Assembly: GCA_000934665.2 (NCBI GenBank)
Contig: KZ538350.1
Span: 1-64,000 of the forward strand
Origin: Catajapyx aquilonaris
Taxonomy: Eukaryota
Length of the DNA stretch: 64,000 nucleotides
Direction: 5' to 3'
Numbering within the stretch: the stretch's first letter is position 1; each line of letters opens with the position of its first letter. Shown piece after piece: positions 62,960 through 64,000 of the stretch. A program made the translations under genes and the position numbers. Below the pieces are notes generated by a model. It made no database searches, was not told the DNA's origin, and was given only the letters and a program-made list of their open reading frames with translations.

Positions 62960-63045
62960 CTCACACGCCCGACGTCACAAGTCGATGACAACAAGCTCGC
63001 AACCGATTGGTTTCTCGCCCAGTGTGACGTCACTTCCGTCATTGT
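62960..63045 (-). promoter_or_regulatory. CpG-rich promoter of the Sip1-like gene (CRE half-site, CCAAT, ETS-CRE composite)
   Basis: gacgtcac at ~62971, gattgg (CCAAT on -) at ~63005, GTGACGTCACTTCCG at 63024-63038; 130-200 bp upstream of the ATG. Confidence 0.6.
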
Positions 63046-64000
63046 AGGTCAAGGATGACGTGTATGGCCAGGTGGAGAGACGGCCATATTTGATATTACT
63101 GCGTGCAAGGCGGCAACTGGTCAATATTTCAAATGTGTGTCTATTATACCCAGTCACACTCATGCTTGAGCTTTCCCCTTGAAAAAATGGTACATCAATG
63201 ACTATCTCACTATTTATTTCATTATCCATATATTTACATATTCCCTGCACTGACTTGATACATTACGCTAGGCTACATTCTGTCCGCTACAATGCATGCA
63301 TTCTCCATGTTCTGCAGAATATTGTTTATGAGTACTGCAGTTAAAAATAAAAGCGAAATTGTATAACTCAAGGCAAAAAGCCCAATGCCCACTCCCACAT
63401 GATATTGCCTAGTTTCTGTGTCATAACAGACTGAGCACATGAGATTTTTCATAAACCACTTTTCTGTTGATGTAGTACTTATTGTTATTGAAGTAAATTG
63501 AACTGGTTGATGCATGAACACCACATGTACACTTCACAGGCACAAAAAAACATTCAATGCCACTGTTCTCGCAGGAACCCAGCAATAATACAACAATAAT
63601 ACTAATAATACTTGGAACAAACGCAGCACATGTTAAAATATAAGCTCATCTTTGATGCTGATTTGGTCCATGTACCTATTTACTTTAAAAATAAACTATT
63701 CAGACTGTCATCATCTGTAATGCACTGCACTGGCCTACCAACCCATTAAGTTCATCCGAGGCAACTTAACACTAGCAAAAATAAAATTTTGGTATGATAT
63801 TGTCTTCAAGTACTGTATTTCACAATGTGGCCTGGAAGATCTTTCATGTTGTTGGAACCCCTGAAGTTGATGATATAAATGACCACATCTCAGCGGAGTG
63901 GAATACTGTCGCTGTAGGTCTGCTTGTTCTCGGGGCATTTTACATACTCCTGTTTTATTTTATCACTGGTCACACGTGGACATACTTGCAACTGCAAGCT

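Overview
Eukaryotic (invertebrate, probably arthropod) genomic window, so most entries in the six-frame ORF track are spurious. Two spliced genes can be assembled by hand, and they converge tail-to-tail. (1) A 9-exon ENPP6-like alkaline-phosphatase-superfamily ectoenzyme on + (38695-43529, 441 aa), with signal peptide and GPI-like tail. Its active site is atypical: SDHG>SSHG, IGN>IGD, PN>PG. (2) A 4-exon NHERF/EBP50 (Sip1-like) single-PDZ scaffold on - (62832-47117, 282 aa). The first ~38.6 kb has no recognisable CDS. It alternates AT-rich spacers with ~0.4-1 kb GC/homopolymer-rich islands carrying CTCF-like, CRE, homeodomain, octamer and RFX-like motifs. The window is rich in short fold-back DNA transposons: at least 9 copies of one CRE-carrying Tc1/mariner-type MITE (one inserted in a splice donor), a two-headed mariner derivative keeping its DNA-binding domain, and piggyBac-, Kolobok-, Sola- and pogo-like MITEs. 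It also holds a likely P-element excision footprint, a tRNA-derived SINE and an RTE-like LINE relic. All coordinates and alignments were made by eye.
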